64,000 nt of DNA from an uncultured cyanobacterium (GTDB lineage Bacteria; Cyanobacteriota; Cyanobacteriia; PCC-6307; Cyanobiaceae). Of the stretch, positions 1 through 9,341 are shown one piece after another (the first letter of the stretch is position 1; every line of letters begins with the position of its first letter). Position numbers and translations under genes: made by a program. The notes under the pieces are model-generated. The model saw only the letters and a program-made list of their open reading frames with translations. It searched no databases and was not told the origin of the DNA. Where the stretch lies: the NCBI GenBank assembly GCA_963765575.1, contig CAVXWZ010000005.1:109629-173628 (forward strand). The letters run 5' to 3'.

Positions 1-933
1 GAGGTCGTCAAGGCCGAGGGGGCCGTTGACGCGGTAGACGTCCTCAACTTCCACATTGGCGCCCTCCATCAGCTGGTGCAGCACCGCTTCAGGCATCTCG
101 TCGGTCACCTCCAGACGCACCACTTCGCCACCACGGCGGCGCTTGCGCAGGCCCGCTTCCAGGGCCTCCATGAGGTCGTCGGCCTCGAGATCACGCAGTT
201 CCAGGTCGGCGTCGCGGGTGACGCGGAAGAAGTAGTGACCCTCCACGCTCATGCCCGGGAACAGCAGGCCGAGGTTGAAGGCCACCACCTGCTCCAGGGG
301 TACCGCCGTGAACACGGGCACCGGACTCCTGCCGCCCAGGGCCTTGGGGATGGGCACGAAGCGGGGCAGGATCTTCTGGGGAACCTTCACCCGGGCGAAC
401 TGCTGCCGGCCGCTCTCGGGGTCGCGCACCAGCACCGCCACATTGAGGCTGAGGTTGCTGATGTAGGGGAAGGGGTGGGAGGGATCCACCGCCAGCGGCG
501 TGAGCACCGGGAAGACGGCGTTGCGGAAGTAGTCGTCCAGCCACTGGCGCTGCTCCTGGTGGAGGTTGGCGTAGTCGATCAGGTGAACGCCATGCTCGGC
601 CAGCTGGCCCTTGAGCGAATGGCGGTAGTGCTGTTGCTGCAGATCCAGCAGGGGCCTCAGCTTCTCCTGGATCGCCTCCAGTTGCTGCAGGGGGGCGAGG
701 CCGTCGTCGCTGAGGGCGGAGACACCGGCCTCCAGCTGGCTCTTGAGGGAGGCCACCCTCACCATGAAAAATTCGTCGAGGTTGTTGCTGAAGATGGCGC
801 TGAACTTCGCCTGCTCCAGCAGCGGGGTGTGCTCGTCGAGGGCCTGGGCCAGCACCCGGTAGTTGAAGTCGATCCAGCTGAGCTCCCGGTTGATGTAGAG
901 CTCGGGGGAGACCTTGGGTGCGGCTTTGCTCAT
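1..933 (-). CDS. ppk1: Polyphosphate kinase 1 (5' part; runs off the window start)
   Basis: Manual translation from ATG at 933: MSKAAPKVSPELYINRELSWIDFNYRVLAQA...KFSAIFSNNLDEFFMVRVASLK, the PPK1 N-terminal signature. Not in the ORF track because it is truncated. Confidence 0.95.
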   Translation of the reverse strand, partial: MSKAAPKVSPELYINRELSWIDFNYRVLAQALDEHTPLLEQAKFSAIFSNNLDEFFMVRVASLKSQLEAGVSALSDDGLAPLQQLEAIQEKLRPLLDLQQQHYRHSLKGQLAEHGVHLIDYANLHQEQRQWLDDYFRNAVFPVLTPLAVDPSHPFPYISNLSLNVAVLVRDPESGRQQFARVKVPQKILPRFVPIPKALGGRSPVPVFTAVPLEQVVAFNLGLLFPGMSVEGHYFFRVTRDADLELRDLEADDLMEALEAGLRKRRRGGEVVRLEVTDEMPEAVLHQLMEGANVEVEDVYRVNGPLGLDDL

Positions 934-1005
934 TGTTGAACCGTAGCAATCACAGGGGAACTCCCCTGTGCCGGGTTTGCTTGACGCCCCCTGGGCAGCC
1001 TGCCT

Positions 1006-2262
1006 TCAGGTGCCGGCATTCATGCGCCGGGCACCGCCTGCCACCACCGCGGCCACGCCCAGCAGCAGGCTGAGGCCAAGCCAGAAGGGACTGGTGCGGC
1101 CGAGGGTCTCGTAGGCCAGCCCCGCCAGGGCGGGGCCGATGAAACTGCCCAGGCTCTGCAACCCCTGCAGGCTGCCCAGGGCGGCCCCCTGGCCGCTGTC
1201 GTCGAGGCGGCGCGACACCTGGGCGCGCAGGCAGGGGGTGACCAGGCCGGTACCCAGGGCCAGGATCGCCACCGCTGGAAACACCACGCTGCGGGAATTT
1301 TCGGCCGTGGCCAGGAGGATCAGGCTGCAGCCGCTGATCACGAAGCCGATGCCCGCCAGGGTGAGACGCCACTCCCCGAAGCGTGCCACCAGCGGACCGA
1401 TCAGGCCCCCCTGCACCAGCGTGGCCACCACCCCCACGACCACGAAGGCGGCCCCGGCCAGCCCCGGCCCCCACCCGAACTCCTGTTTGAAGTAGAGGAT
1501 CAGCACGGCAGCGAAGCCGTTGAAGGCGAGGAAGAAGAGAAAGAAGGCCGCGCACAGACGCCGCACCTGGGGATTGGCAAACACCCGGGACAGCTGGGTG
1601 AAGGGCTGCAGTTCGCGCTTGCGGGGCAGTGGGATGCGGGACTCGATCGGGTGGGTTTCCGGCAGCAGGGTGATCACCAGCACCAGATTGAGCACCGCGA
1701 TGGCCACCGCCACCAGCATCGGCAGGTTCACGTTCAGCTGCCCCAGCAGACCGCCGAGGGCGGGGCCGAGGATGAAGCCGAGCCCGAAGGCCACACCGAT
1801 CAGGCCGAAGGCCTTCGCCCGCTGCTGCGGTGGCGACACGTCGGCCAGCACGGCGCCGGCGGTGGCGGCCGTGCCGCCGCTGACGCCGTCGATCAGCCGG
1901 GCGACGAACAGCAGGGCCAGGGGCAGGCTGGAGCCGGCGGCCCAGGGCAGGCGTTGCCAGTCGGTGGCGATCGTGAGCGCGAACAGCCCCAGACCCACGA
2001 CCGAGCCGGCCACGCACAGGGCGATCACCGGCCGGCGTCCGTAGCGATCACTGAGGGCGCCGATCAAGGGGGTGGCGGCGAACTGGGCGAAGGCATAGCT
2101 GCCGGTGAGCAGGCCCAGCACACGCCCGTCGCCGGTGAAGCCAGCCAACAGGAACGGCAGCAGCGGAAAAATCAGCGTTTCGCTCAAGCGGTCGTTGAGC
2201 AGGGTGAAAAAGGCGCAGAGGAAGGCCGCGCGGCGACGGGCCGGGCTGATCTGGGGCTGCAC
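1006..2262 (-). CDS. MFS transporter, TetA/DHA1-like
   Basis: About 12 hydrophobic segments; motif A GALSDRYGRRPV; RLIDGVSGGT; GFILGPALGG. GTG start chosen at 2262. Confidence 0.9.
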   Translation of the reverse strand: MQPQISPARRRAAFLCAFFTLLNDRLSETLIFPLLPFLLAGFTGDGRVLGLLTGSYAFAQFAATPLIGALSDRYGRRPVIALCVAGSVVGLGLFALTIATDWQRLPWAAGSSLPLALLFVARLIDGVSGGTAATAGAVLADVSPPQQRAKAFGLIGVAFGLGFILGPALGGLLGQLNVNLPMLVAVAIAVLNLVLVITLLPETHPIESRIPLPRKRELQPFTQLSRVFANPQVRRLCAAFFLFFLAFNGFAAVLILYFKQEFGWGPGLAGAAFVVVGVVATLVQGGLIGPLVARFGEWRLTLAGIGFVISGCSLILLATAENSRSVVFPAVAILALGTGLVTPCLRAQVSRRLDDSGQGAALGSLQGLQSLGSFIGPALAGLAYETLGRTSPFWLGLSLLLGVAAVVAGGARRMNAGT

Positions 2263-2264
2263 GG

Positions 2265-3233
2265 TCAATGGGCCACCAGCACGCGGTGGCGGTGGTCGGA
2301 GGCGACGCAACGGATGTGGCTGAAGCCCGCCTGGCGCAGGGCGGCCTCCATATCGAGGGCGAAATAGTCGCCCAGGTAGGGCTCGGTGCTCTTGAGCAGG
2401 GTGGCCAGGGGGGCCGGCATGGCGCGGATGCTGGGCGAGCGGGGATCCTGGTCGACCATGGCCAGCACCCCACCGGGACGCAGCAGCCTGGCGGCCTCCT
2501 GGAGCACGGCGATGGTGGCTCCGGCCGGCAGCTCGTGGCACACGAACTGCAGGGTGATCAGGTCCACACTGGCGTCCGCCAGGCCGCTGGCCTCGGCCGC
2601 GGCATGGTGCCAGCTGGCGATACGGCCCTGGCGGTCGCGCACCCTGGCCACCGCCAGCATGTGGGGGGAGAGGTCGAGGCCGCTGACGCGCACGGGATGG
2701 CCCTGGTGGGCCTCGATCCAGTCCTTGAGCAGCAGGGTGCTGATGCCCACCGAGCAGCCCAGATCGAGGGCCTCGTGCACCGGCCCCGTGAGGCTGGGCT
2801 CGATCGCCGCGAAGATGGCGTCGCGCATGCGGGCCTGGGCAGCCTCGGGGCTCAGCGGCTCCTCCTTCCACACCCGCAGCGCCACCGAGGCCGTGGCCTG
2901 CTCCGCCTCGCAGGCCGCCTGCCAGCAGAGGTTGCCCTCGTCGTAGGCGTGGAAGCGGGCCCGGTAGTAGGCCGGGGTGGTGGTGAGCGGATTGATGCAG
3001 GCAGCCAGCAGCGGTTCGGCCCGGCGCTGCAGTTCATCGCGGCGGGCCCGCCAGGGGATGCCCCGCTGCTCGGCCGTGCGGATCATCATCCGCCGCGCCT
3101 GCTGGAACAGCAGCTGGCGCAGGGGCTCCACCGCCAGCACGGCGGCGATCAGCCGTCCCAGGGGGCTGGCATCGTTGGCCCAGTTGGGCGGGGCGGCGAC
3201 GGTGGCTGCGGGCGGGGTGCCGGCGGCGGGCAT
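2265..3233 (-). CDS. Class I SAM-dependent methyltransferase
   Basis: LDLGCSVGIST motif I, GLDLSPHML, EAARLLRPGG; N-terminal YYRARFHAYDEGNL typical of the cyanobacterial family. Confidence 0.88.
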   Translation of the reverse strand: MPAAGTPPAATVAAPPNWANDASPLGRLIAAVLAVEPLRQLLFQQARRMMIRTAEQRGIPWRARRDELQRRAEPLLAACINPLTTTPAYYRARFHAYDEGNLCWQAACEAEQATASVALRVWKEEPLSPEAAQARMRDAIFAAIEPSLTGPVHEALDLGCSVGISTLLLKDWIEAHQGHPVRVSGLDLSPHMLAVARVRDRQGRIASWHHAAAEASGLADASVDLITLQFVCHELPAGATIAVLQEAARLLRPGGVLAMVDQDPRSPSIRAMPAPLATLLKSTEPYLGDYFALDMEAALRQAGFSHIRCVASDHRHRVLVAH

Positions 3234-3443
3234 GGGGTGGCGCTGACTGGGGGAGCAGGGGGCATCATCGCGCCGCCGCCCAGGGCCTGAGGGCTGCAGG
3301 CTGAGGCCGAAGGGCTGATCGCCATGGCGCCGCAGACCCTGGCGCTGGTGCTCGCCAGGGAGGCCCCGAAGGGTGATGGGCTCGGTTCTCTCGCCGGAGC
3401 CGATCTGCTCCCGGGGAGCGCGGCCGCGCCGGGGCCGCTGGAG

Positions 3444-3600
3444 GCCGCCGCCATCGGCCAGCCACGCCCGATTCCAGAAGGGCGCCCGGGGGACGCGTAA
3501 CAGGTTGTGCCAGGTCTCCAGAGCCTGCAGCGGCTGGGAGGGCCCTGGTCCCAGCCGGACCGCTCGGGCAGGGCGGCGCACAGCAGCACGCGCAGCTCCG
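3444..3600 (-). pseudogene. Fused remnants of moaD (N-terminus) and moaE (N- and C-terminal pieces)
   Basis: ELRVLLCAALPERSGW resembles the MoaD start (VLLFAxLRERAGW). In another frame PLQALETWH...APFWNRAWLADGGG resembles the MoaE end (APFWKREW..DG). Most of each gene is missing. Confidence 0.5.
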
Positions 3601-3671
3601 GGGTGTGGCCCGTGGCCCGTGGCGGCAGGGGTGGCGGTGGCCTCCACAATGGCTGCAGCGTCCGCGAAGCG

Positions 3672-3884
3672 GTGGCAGTGGCGGTGGCGTTGCTCACGGT
3701 GTCGGACAGGCGCACCCGGGCCATCGCGGGGTTGGGCGAGCTGTCCCTGCTGCTGTCGTTCGAGACGGTCGGCACGAGCAGTCTGCGGAGCCGCGGCTGC
3801 CGCGGCTGGGAGAGCCTGTGGATCAGCCGGCGGGACGGGGTTGATCCAGGGCCTCGTTTGCGGCTGGAGCCCGAGGGCCGATGA
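3672..3884 (+). pseudogene. moaB: moaB remnant with large internal deletions
   Basis: VAVALLTVSDRRT is joined directly to IAGLGELSLLLSFETVGTSSLRSR. These match two MoaB blocks (LLTVSD.RT and IxGFGELFRxLSFExIGTSTLQSR) that are normally separated by the GGTG-containing core. Confidence 0.65.
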
Positions 3885-5155
3885 ACCCCGTCGTCTCGCT
3901 CACAACCATGGCCCTCTCCCTGCGCCGCAGACTTGCTGTGGTGCTGGTCGGCGTTGGGCTGGCCCTGGCCCTTGCGCTTCCCAGCCCCGCTCCTGCGCAG
4001 ACTGAAACCCCGGGAAACGACCCGGTGCTGCATGTGTTCTGGAGCCTCGGCTGCCCGGTGTGCATCCGGCAGAAGCCGTGGATCGAGGAGCTGGAAGCAC
4101 GCTTCCCCGGCCTGGAGGTGGAGCAGATGGAGTTGTCACAGACGCCGCGTTTTCGGGCGCGGTTTGAGGAGATGGCCGCAGAGCGGGGCGTGAGCGCCAG
4201 CTATGTGCCCACGCTGATGCTCGGTCCGCGCGCCTGGGTGGGGGACACCCCCGCCCAGCGCGCCGAGATCGAGACGGCGATTGCGGCGCTGCTGGCGGGC
4301 CAGGACCCAGCGCCCGACGCGCGCGAAAGCCTCACCCTGCCCCTGCTGGGCGAGGTCGACCCTGCCGCCGCCTCGCTGCTGGGGCTCACCGCGCTGATCG
4401 CCGTGGTGGATGGCTTCAACCCCTGCTCACTCTGGGTGCTCACCCTGCTGCTGGGCATGGTCCTCGCCTCGGGGTCGCGTCAGCGGCTGGCCGTTGTGGG
4501 CATCACCTTTCTGCTCACCACCGCCCTGATCTACGGCGCGTTCATCGCCGGGCTGTTCAGCGTGCTGGCTTTTGCCTTTGCCCTGCCCTGGGTGCGCTGG
4601 ATGGTGGCCCTGTTCGCGCTTGGCTTCGGGCTGGTGAACATCAAGGATTACGTCTGGTATGGGCGAGGGGTCAGCTTTTCGATTCCCGAGCGCGAGAAAT
4701 CCGGCATCTATCAGCGCCTGCGCCGCCTGCGGCAGCAGCCGATGACCATGCCCGTGCTGATTGGCACCACCGTGGCCATGGCGGCGGGCATTTCGCTGGT
4801 TGAACTGCCCTGTACGGCGGGATTTCCCGTGCTCTGGTCGGGGATCCTGGCCGAGCGGGATGTGAGCCGGGCGGGGTTTGTGGCCCTGCTGGCGGTGTAT
4901 GTGCTGATCTATCTGATCGACGAGTTGGCGATCTTTGCGATCGCCGTCACCACCATGAGCCTGGGGCGGATGGGCGAGCGCCATGGCCGGGCGCTGAAGC
5001 TGGTGGGTGGCACGGTGATGGTGGCCCTGGCCGGGGCGCTGGCGCTGCGGCCCGAGCTGATGGACGATCTGGGCGGGACGCTGGGGCTGTTCGGTTCAGC
5101 CCTCGCCCTGGCGGCGCTGATCCTGATCGCACAACGCCCCACGACAGCGGCCTGA
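3881..5155 (+). CDS. Exported thioredoxin/glutaredoxin domain fused to a CcdA/DsbD-beta-like membrane domain
   Basis: Signal peptide; FWSLGCPVC (CxxC); membrane Cys motifs DGFNPCSLWVL and ELPCTAGFP; several TM helices. Start may be 3908. Confidence 0.8.
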   Translation: MNPVVSLTTMALSLRRRLAVVLVGVGLALALALPSPAPAQTETPGNDPVLHVFWSLGCPVCIRQKPWIEELEARFPGLEVEQMELSQTPRFRARFEEMAAERGVSASYVPTLMLGPRAWVGDTPAQRAEIETAIAALLAGQDPAPDARESLTLPLLGEVDPAAASLLGLTALIAVVDGFNPCSLWVLTLLLGMVLASGSRQRLAVVGITFLLTTALIYGAFIAGLFSVLAFAFALPWVRWMVALFALGFGLVNIKDYVWYGRGVSFSIPEREKSGIYQRLRRLRQQPMTMPVLIGTTVAMAAGISLVELPCTAGFPVLWSGILAERDVSRAGFVALLAVYVLIYLIDELAIFAIAVTTMSLGRMGERHGRALKLVGGTVMVALAGALALRPELMDDLGGTLGLFGSALALAALILIAQRPTTAA

Positions 5156-5227
5156 GGGGCCCCTCACCCCTCCCCTCCTCCAGGCAGGACCCTGCCCGAC
5201 CTGCCGAGGCGGTGGTGGCTGCGTGCG

Positions 5228-5460
5228 CATGTTTTTCGCGAGGACCGGAGCCGCGCGGAGCGGAGCACCCGCATCGTGATGCTGTCACCGCGGTCACGAT
5301 GGTTGCCGGGATCGTGGCCGGCAGCGTCTACGGCTCCACGGCCCTGCCAGCCATCGGCATCACGATCGTCGCCTACCGCTGAGAGCGCCGGCACGCCGCC
5401 GATCCGCGCTTCAGCTTCGGCACCGGCAAGGTGGGCGTTCCGGGCGGCTACACCAGCGCA
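5228..5460 (+). pseudogene. dmeF: Remnant of a DmeF-type CDF Co/Ni efflux transporter
   Basis: HVFREDRSRAERSTRIVML / frameshift / TAVTMVAGIVAGSVYGSTAL-PAIGITIVAYR*ERRHAADPRFSFGTGKVGVPGGYTSA. RRHAxDPRFSFGTGKVGxLGGYTSA is the DmeF signature; the LADGWHM..H segment is deleted and there is an in-frame TGA. Confidence 0.75.
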
Positions 5461-5545
5461 GCAGCAGGCTCACTACAAGGCCCTGCCGCGGCGCCGGCTC
5501 ACGCCCGCAAGCCCTGGCCGCATCGCGATCCGGCTCGGGGTGGCA

Positions 5546-6646
5546 TCAGCGATCCACGTCTTCGCCACCGGCCATGAGCCCCTGGCGCCAGGTCAGCAGC
5601 TTCAGCAGCGTGGCCTTCACCGCTCCAGTGGCGATCAGCTGCCGGGCCTGCTGCACAGCTTCCGCCTGCGTGCAGCTGCGATCGCTGAACCAGAGGTAGC
5701 AGCCGCCATTCCAGATCAGTTGCTTGGCCAGCGGGCCGTTGCCTTCGAGTGCCTCGGCGGCCGCGCCAACCCAGGCCCGTTCACTCTCCCAGGCCAGATC
5801 AGGGCCGTAGCAGTCGTGGTCGCGGGGGTGCAGGATCAGCCGCTGGCTGCCGCTGTTGTCCACCATGGCGGTCACACAGGCACGGCTGGTGGGCAGGTCG
5901 GTGCTGCCCTCGAGGCCCTTCACCGTGACGATCTGATCTTCGCCCGCGAGCTGCAGGGCCTGCCAGGCCCGGGCTTCGGTGGGTGGGTGAACGAAGCCGC
6001 TGATCAGAAGATGCTCGCCCTGGTGTGCTGTCCAGAGCAGCTCCAGGCTGGCCACCGGCGGCCGTTTGCCCAGATCCTCCCGGTAGGGGATCAGTGACTG
6101 GGCCAGGGGGAAGTGATCGGGCTGGTGCAGCAGGGCCAGGCCGTGGGTCTGGAAACCCTCCTGCACCCTCTCGATCGGCAGGCCACCGAGATCGAGACCG
6201 AGCGCGGCGAACAGCTCCCGTGCCGTGACGCCGTATTTCACGGGCATGCGCTCGCCGCCGGAGAGCACCACCGGCCGCCCGGCCGCCAGCAACAGCAGCG
6301 CCGTGAGCGGAAACACCGGCGCGGTGCGGCTGCGCCCATCGAAGGGCATCCCGAAGCACAGGGGCGGGGACGACGCTCCTGCAGGGCCGGCGCCAGTGAG
6401 CTGGGGGCCCAGCAGCCGGTAAGTGTCGAGCATGCCCGCCAGCTCCTGCGGCTCGGGCCGGCGGATGCGATGGGCGATCAGAAAAGCGCCGATCTGGGCT
6501 GGGGTGGCGCCACCGTTGAGCATCAGGTCCAGCGACTCGGCCGCCTCCTGGCGGCTGAGGCCCTTGCTGGTGTGTTCGCCACTGCCGATCTTGCGCAGCA
6601 GCTGCTTGAAGCGTTGCCGTTGGTCGTCGCTGACGGCCACCGCCAT
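5546..6646 (-). CDS. Anthranilate phosphoribosyltransferase-like (YbiB/TrpD2, glycosyltransferase family 3) protein
   Basis: [49 protein letters not shown]; a family commonly found in cyanobacterial nitrate/nitrite clusters. Confidence 0.85.
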   Translation of the reverse strand: MAVAVSDDQRQRFKQLLRKIGSGEHTSKGLSRQEAAESLDLMLNGGATPAQIGAFLIAHRIRRPEPQELAGMLDTYRLLGPQLTGAGPAGASSPPLCFGMPFDGRSRTAPVFPLTALLLLAAGRPVVLSGGERMPVKYGVTARELFAALGLDLGGLPIERVQEGFQTHGLALLHQPDHFPLAQSLIPYREDLGKRPPVASLELLWTAHQGEHLLISGFVHPPTEARAWQALQLAGEDQIVTVKGLEGSTDLPTSRACVTAMVDNSGSQRLILHPRDHDCYGPDLAWESERAWVGAAAEALEGNGPLAKQLIWNGGCYLWFSDRSCTQAEAVQQARQLIATGAVKATLLKLLTWRQGLMAGGEDVDR

Positions 6647-6852
6647 GGCCGCCGGCAGGGGGAACGTCCCGGGCAGCGACCCGACGGAGCCCTGGCCTGT
6701 CTGCGCTGTTGAGGGCCCCATGGTCAACGCTGACGCTCCCGAAATCCAGGCAATGCGGTGGCCATGACCTCCTGGGGCCAGCCTGGCTTGCCGGACTGGA
6801 GTTTCGCGGAAAGCACCGAATTCATCGTGGACCAGCGCCCGCCCGGCATCCT

Positions 6853-6866
6853 GTAGCGGTTGCTGC
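6853..6866 (+). promoter_or_regulatory. Degenerate NtcA-like box in the ybiB-like/cynS divergent region
   Basis: GTAGCGGTTGCTGC, one mismatch to GTA-N8-TAC, 55 bp before the cynS ATG. Confidence 0.5.
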
Positions 6867-6921
6867 CGGAAGGCCTGGCCTGCCGGGGAAGACTCCTGTT
6901 CGCACCTTGAACACCTCTTCG

Positions 6922-7380
6922 ATGGCCGACTCCCTTCCCTCCTCCCAGGCTGTGACAGCTGCCCTGATGGCCGCCAAGAAGAGTCGTGGCCTCAGCTTTG
7001 TTGAGCTGGGGGAAGCGCTGGGCCGCCATGAGGTGTGGGTGGCCTCGCTGTTCTATCAACAGGCGACCGCCTCCGCCGATGAGGCCGCCCGGCTGGCGGA
7101 GGTCCTGGGTCTCGATGCCGGCACCACCGCAGCCATTCAGGAGTTTCCCACCAAAGGATCCCTCGATCCCGTGATCCCCACCGACCCGCTGATCTACCGC
7201 TTCTACGAGATCATGCAGGTGTATGGCATGCCGATGAAAGATGTGATTCAGGAGAAGTTTGGCGATGGCATCATGAGCGCTATTGATTTCACCCTTGCTG
7301 TGGACAAGGAATCGAATCCTGCTGGTGACCGCGTGAAGATCACGATGTGCGGGAAGTTCCTTCCCTACAAGAAATGGTGA
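6922..7380 (+). CDS. cynS: Cyanate hydratase (cyanase)
   Basis: [39 protein letters not shown]. Confidence 0.97.
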   Translation: MADSLPSSQAVTAALMAAKKSRGLSFVELGEALGRHEVWVASLFYQQATASADEAARLAEVLGLDAGTTAAIQEFPTKGSLDPVIPTDPLIYRFYEIMQVYGMPMKDVIQEKFGDGIMSAIDFTLAVDKESNPAGDRVKITMCGKFLPYKKW

Positions 7381-7427
7381 TCCAGCTCTGAGTTTCTCTC
7401 AAGTCTGAGTTTGCCACAGATGGCAGA

Positions 7428-7456
7428 AGCCGGACCCAGCATGACTGGATCCGGCT
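7428..7456. terminator. Hairpin between convergent cynS and focA
   Basis: AGCCGGACCCAG-catga-CTGGATCCGGCT, 12-bp stem with one mismatch; no clear U-tract. Confidence 0.5.
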
Positions 7457-7553
7457 GACAGACGATCCATGATCGCTAGGGATATCGAGGAGTATGGGAA
7501 ACGGCATGGCGGAAAGCCCACTTCAGGGGGCCCCAGCTTGAGCCGGCCCAGCC

Positions 7554-8435
7554 TCAGCGGGCACCCAGCTCTGCAGCCAGTTCCCGCTCCAGCTTTTCAT
7601 CATGCTTCAGAGGCAGCACGTTGCTCATCGGTGAGCGGTGCGTGCTGTAGAAGAGCATGCCGATGAAGACCATTCCACCCACGATGTTGCCGAGGGTGAC
7701 GGGAAGATAATTCCAGAAGACGATCTGTCCGAACCCCACCCCGGAGCCCAGCAGTGGCCCAGTGGTGTGCAGAAACATGTTGACAACGATGTGCTCCATG
7801 CCGAGGGCTTGGAAGGCGGTGATCGGTAGCCAGCAGGCCATGATCTTGCCGGGGACACTCTTGCTCACCAGAGCCAGGGTGACGCCGAGGCAGACCAGCC
7901 AGTTGGCGATTACGCCGCGCAGGAAGGCTAGGAAAAAACCCAGTACGCCCAGGTCCTGATACTTGACAATCACGTTGGCCTTGTTGAGGCCAATGATCTT
8001 GTTGGCAACGGCGACCCAGTCTCCTGTGCCGGCAGCCAGGTCTGCTGTGCCGCCACTGGTGAGGCTGATGGCAAAGAGGATGCCCACAAGGCCGGTGCCG
8101 AGAAAATTACCGATCCACACCCAGATCCAGTTGCGGATGGTTTTGCTCCAGGTGGTCTTTCCGGCCCAGACCGCCATGGGAAGCAGGGCAAAATTGCCGG
8201 TGACCAGCTCCATGCCGAAGAGCACAATGCTGGCGAATCCAAATGGGAAGATGAAGGATCCGATCCACGGAATCCCGGTCTGATGCATGATTGTGAGGGC
8301 CAGGCACAAGGCCAGCCCAAGGGCTGATCCAGAGTAAAAACCGCGAATCAATAGATTCTTGGTGCTGACACTGGACTTCTTGCCGCCGGCGGCAATCATG
8401 CCCTCGACAAGCTCATTGGGTAAAACGTAATCCAT
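7554..8435 (-). CDS. focA: Formate/nitrite transporter family nitrite channel (FocA/NitM)
   Basis: MDYVLPNELV start, FGMELVTGNF, IANWLVCLGV, GMEHIVVNMF, VTLGNIVGG. Confidence 0.95.
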   Translation of the reverse strand: MDYVLPNELVEGMIAAGGKKSSVSTKNLLIRGFYSGSALGLALCLALTIMHQTGIPWIGSFIFPFGFASIVLFGMELVTGNFALLPMAVWAGKTTWSKTIRNWIWVWIGNFLGTGLVGILFAISLTSGGTADLAAGTGDWVAVANKIIGLNKANVIVKYQDLGVLGFFLAFLRGVIANWLVCLGVTLALVSKSVPGKIMACWLPITAFQALGMEHIVVNMFLHTTGPLLGSGVGFGQIVFWNYLPVTLGNIVGGMVFIGMLFYSTHRSPMSNVLPLKHDEKLERELAAELGAR

Positions 8436-8480
8436 CAAACAGGAGGGGAAGAGGTTGCTGGCTGTGTCGCTGGTTCAGCC

Positions 8481-8651
8481 TTAACGGCTGATGCGATTCA
8501 TGAATCGGCTGAAAGGATCGTCCTGGCGTGCTTCCAGGGGCTGCAGGCGATCTGAGACCGTGGCTGATGGCGGCGCGTCAGGTTGGTCGCTGCCCTGGGT
8601 GCTCAGCCAGTTCATGAGGCGAGAAAAGGAATCCTGTTTTGGTGGGGTCAT
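8481..8651 (-). CDS. 56-aa hypothetical protein with a duplicated DxFSRxMN motif
   Basis: MTPPKQDSFSRLMNWLS...QDDPFSRFMNRISR; co-oriented with focA and 45 bp upstream of it. Confidence 0.65.
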   Translation of the reverse strand: MTPPKQDSFSRLMNWLSTQGSDQPDAPPSATVSDRLQPLEARQDDPFSRFMNRISR

Positions 8652-8858
8652 GGTGGGTGCGCTGTGCTGGCAACGGTGCGATCGCAGGCCAAGCGATCCG
8701 TCCCTGTGGACAAGGGATGGGTGGCAGGGGTGCTGGATGGGGTCAACCGATGCGGCAGGAACAAGCGGCGCGACGGTCAACGGGAGACTGACTCAGCGCT
8801 TCAAAAGAACAGCGTCGCTGAGTGTGTCTATTGATGGCTGAAAGGTCACGACGTTGTT

Positions 8859-8872
8859 GTGCTGACCGTTAC
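8859..8872 (-). promoter_or_regulatory. NtcA-like box upstream of the small-ORF/focA unit
   Basis: Minus strand GTAACGGTCAGCAC (GTA-N8-CAC). Confidence 0.5.
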
Positions 8873-9231
8873 GAAACTCCGAATTCCCGTGGCTGCCAGC
8901 CCTCAGCCGGCGCCCACCAGCGTTTTCCACCAGCGCCGGGCCCCCTGGCGCAGCATCCGACCCACGATTGTCATGGCTTGGACATCACGCTCGATCCCCT
9001 CGCCGCGGGGCACGTTGGCTGCACGGCTGCGCGGCGCCGGGCCGGGACCGAGTGGACAGCTCGCCTGCAATTCGGGGTGGCCTGCCCGTCTGGAGCGGGG
9101 CAGAACGCGATCAGGCGGTGCCATTGATGGGATCGGGACAGAGGCAAGCCTGACTACAGCAGCTCTGGGTGAGATGCTGGGGTGATCGTTGTAACCGCTG
9201 GGTCCACCGGCGGGCGGCCTTGAAGGGCATT

Positions 9232-9267
9232 CCGGCGCTGTTGCCGGTGCTGTTGCCGGCGCTGTTG
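9232..9267 (+). repeat. Three 12-bp tandem units CCGG(C/T)GCTGTTG
   Basis: Units at 9232, 9244 and 9256, directly abutting the NtcA-like box of nirA. Confidence 0.9.
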
Positions 9268-9309
9268 GTAGTGCTTGCCACACGGAAGCGCAGCAGCCCC
9301 GATCAGCAT
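9268..9309 (+). promoter_or_regulatory. NtcA-type promoter of nirA
   Basis: GTAGTGCTTGCCAC, then 22 nt, then CAGCAT (-10-like). Confidence 0.6.
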
Positions 9310-9341
9310 CAGTGCCCGCTTCCCGTGCTCGGAACCTCCCC

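Noticed and set aside
2265..3647. 460-aa ORF suggesting an N-terminally extended methyltransferase
   Set aside because: The extension reads through decayed moa fragments; the family-typical start is at 3233.
8903..8975. Short minus-strand ORF MTIVGRMLRQGARRWWKTLVGAG in the focA-nirA gap
   Set aside because: Only 23 codons, with no RBS or homology that I can support.
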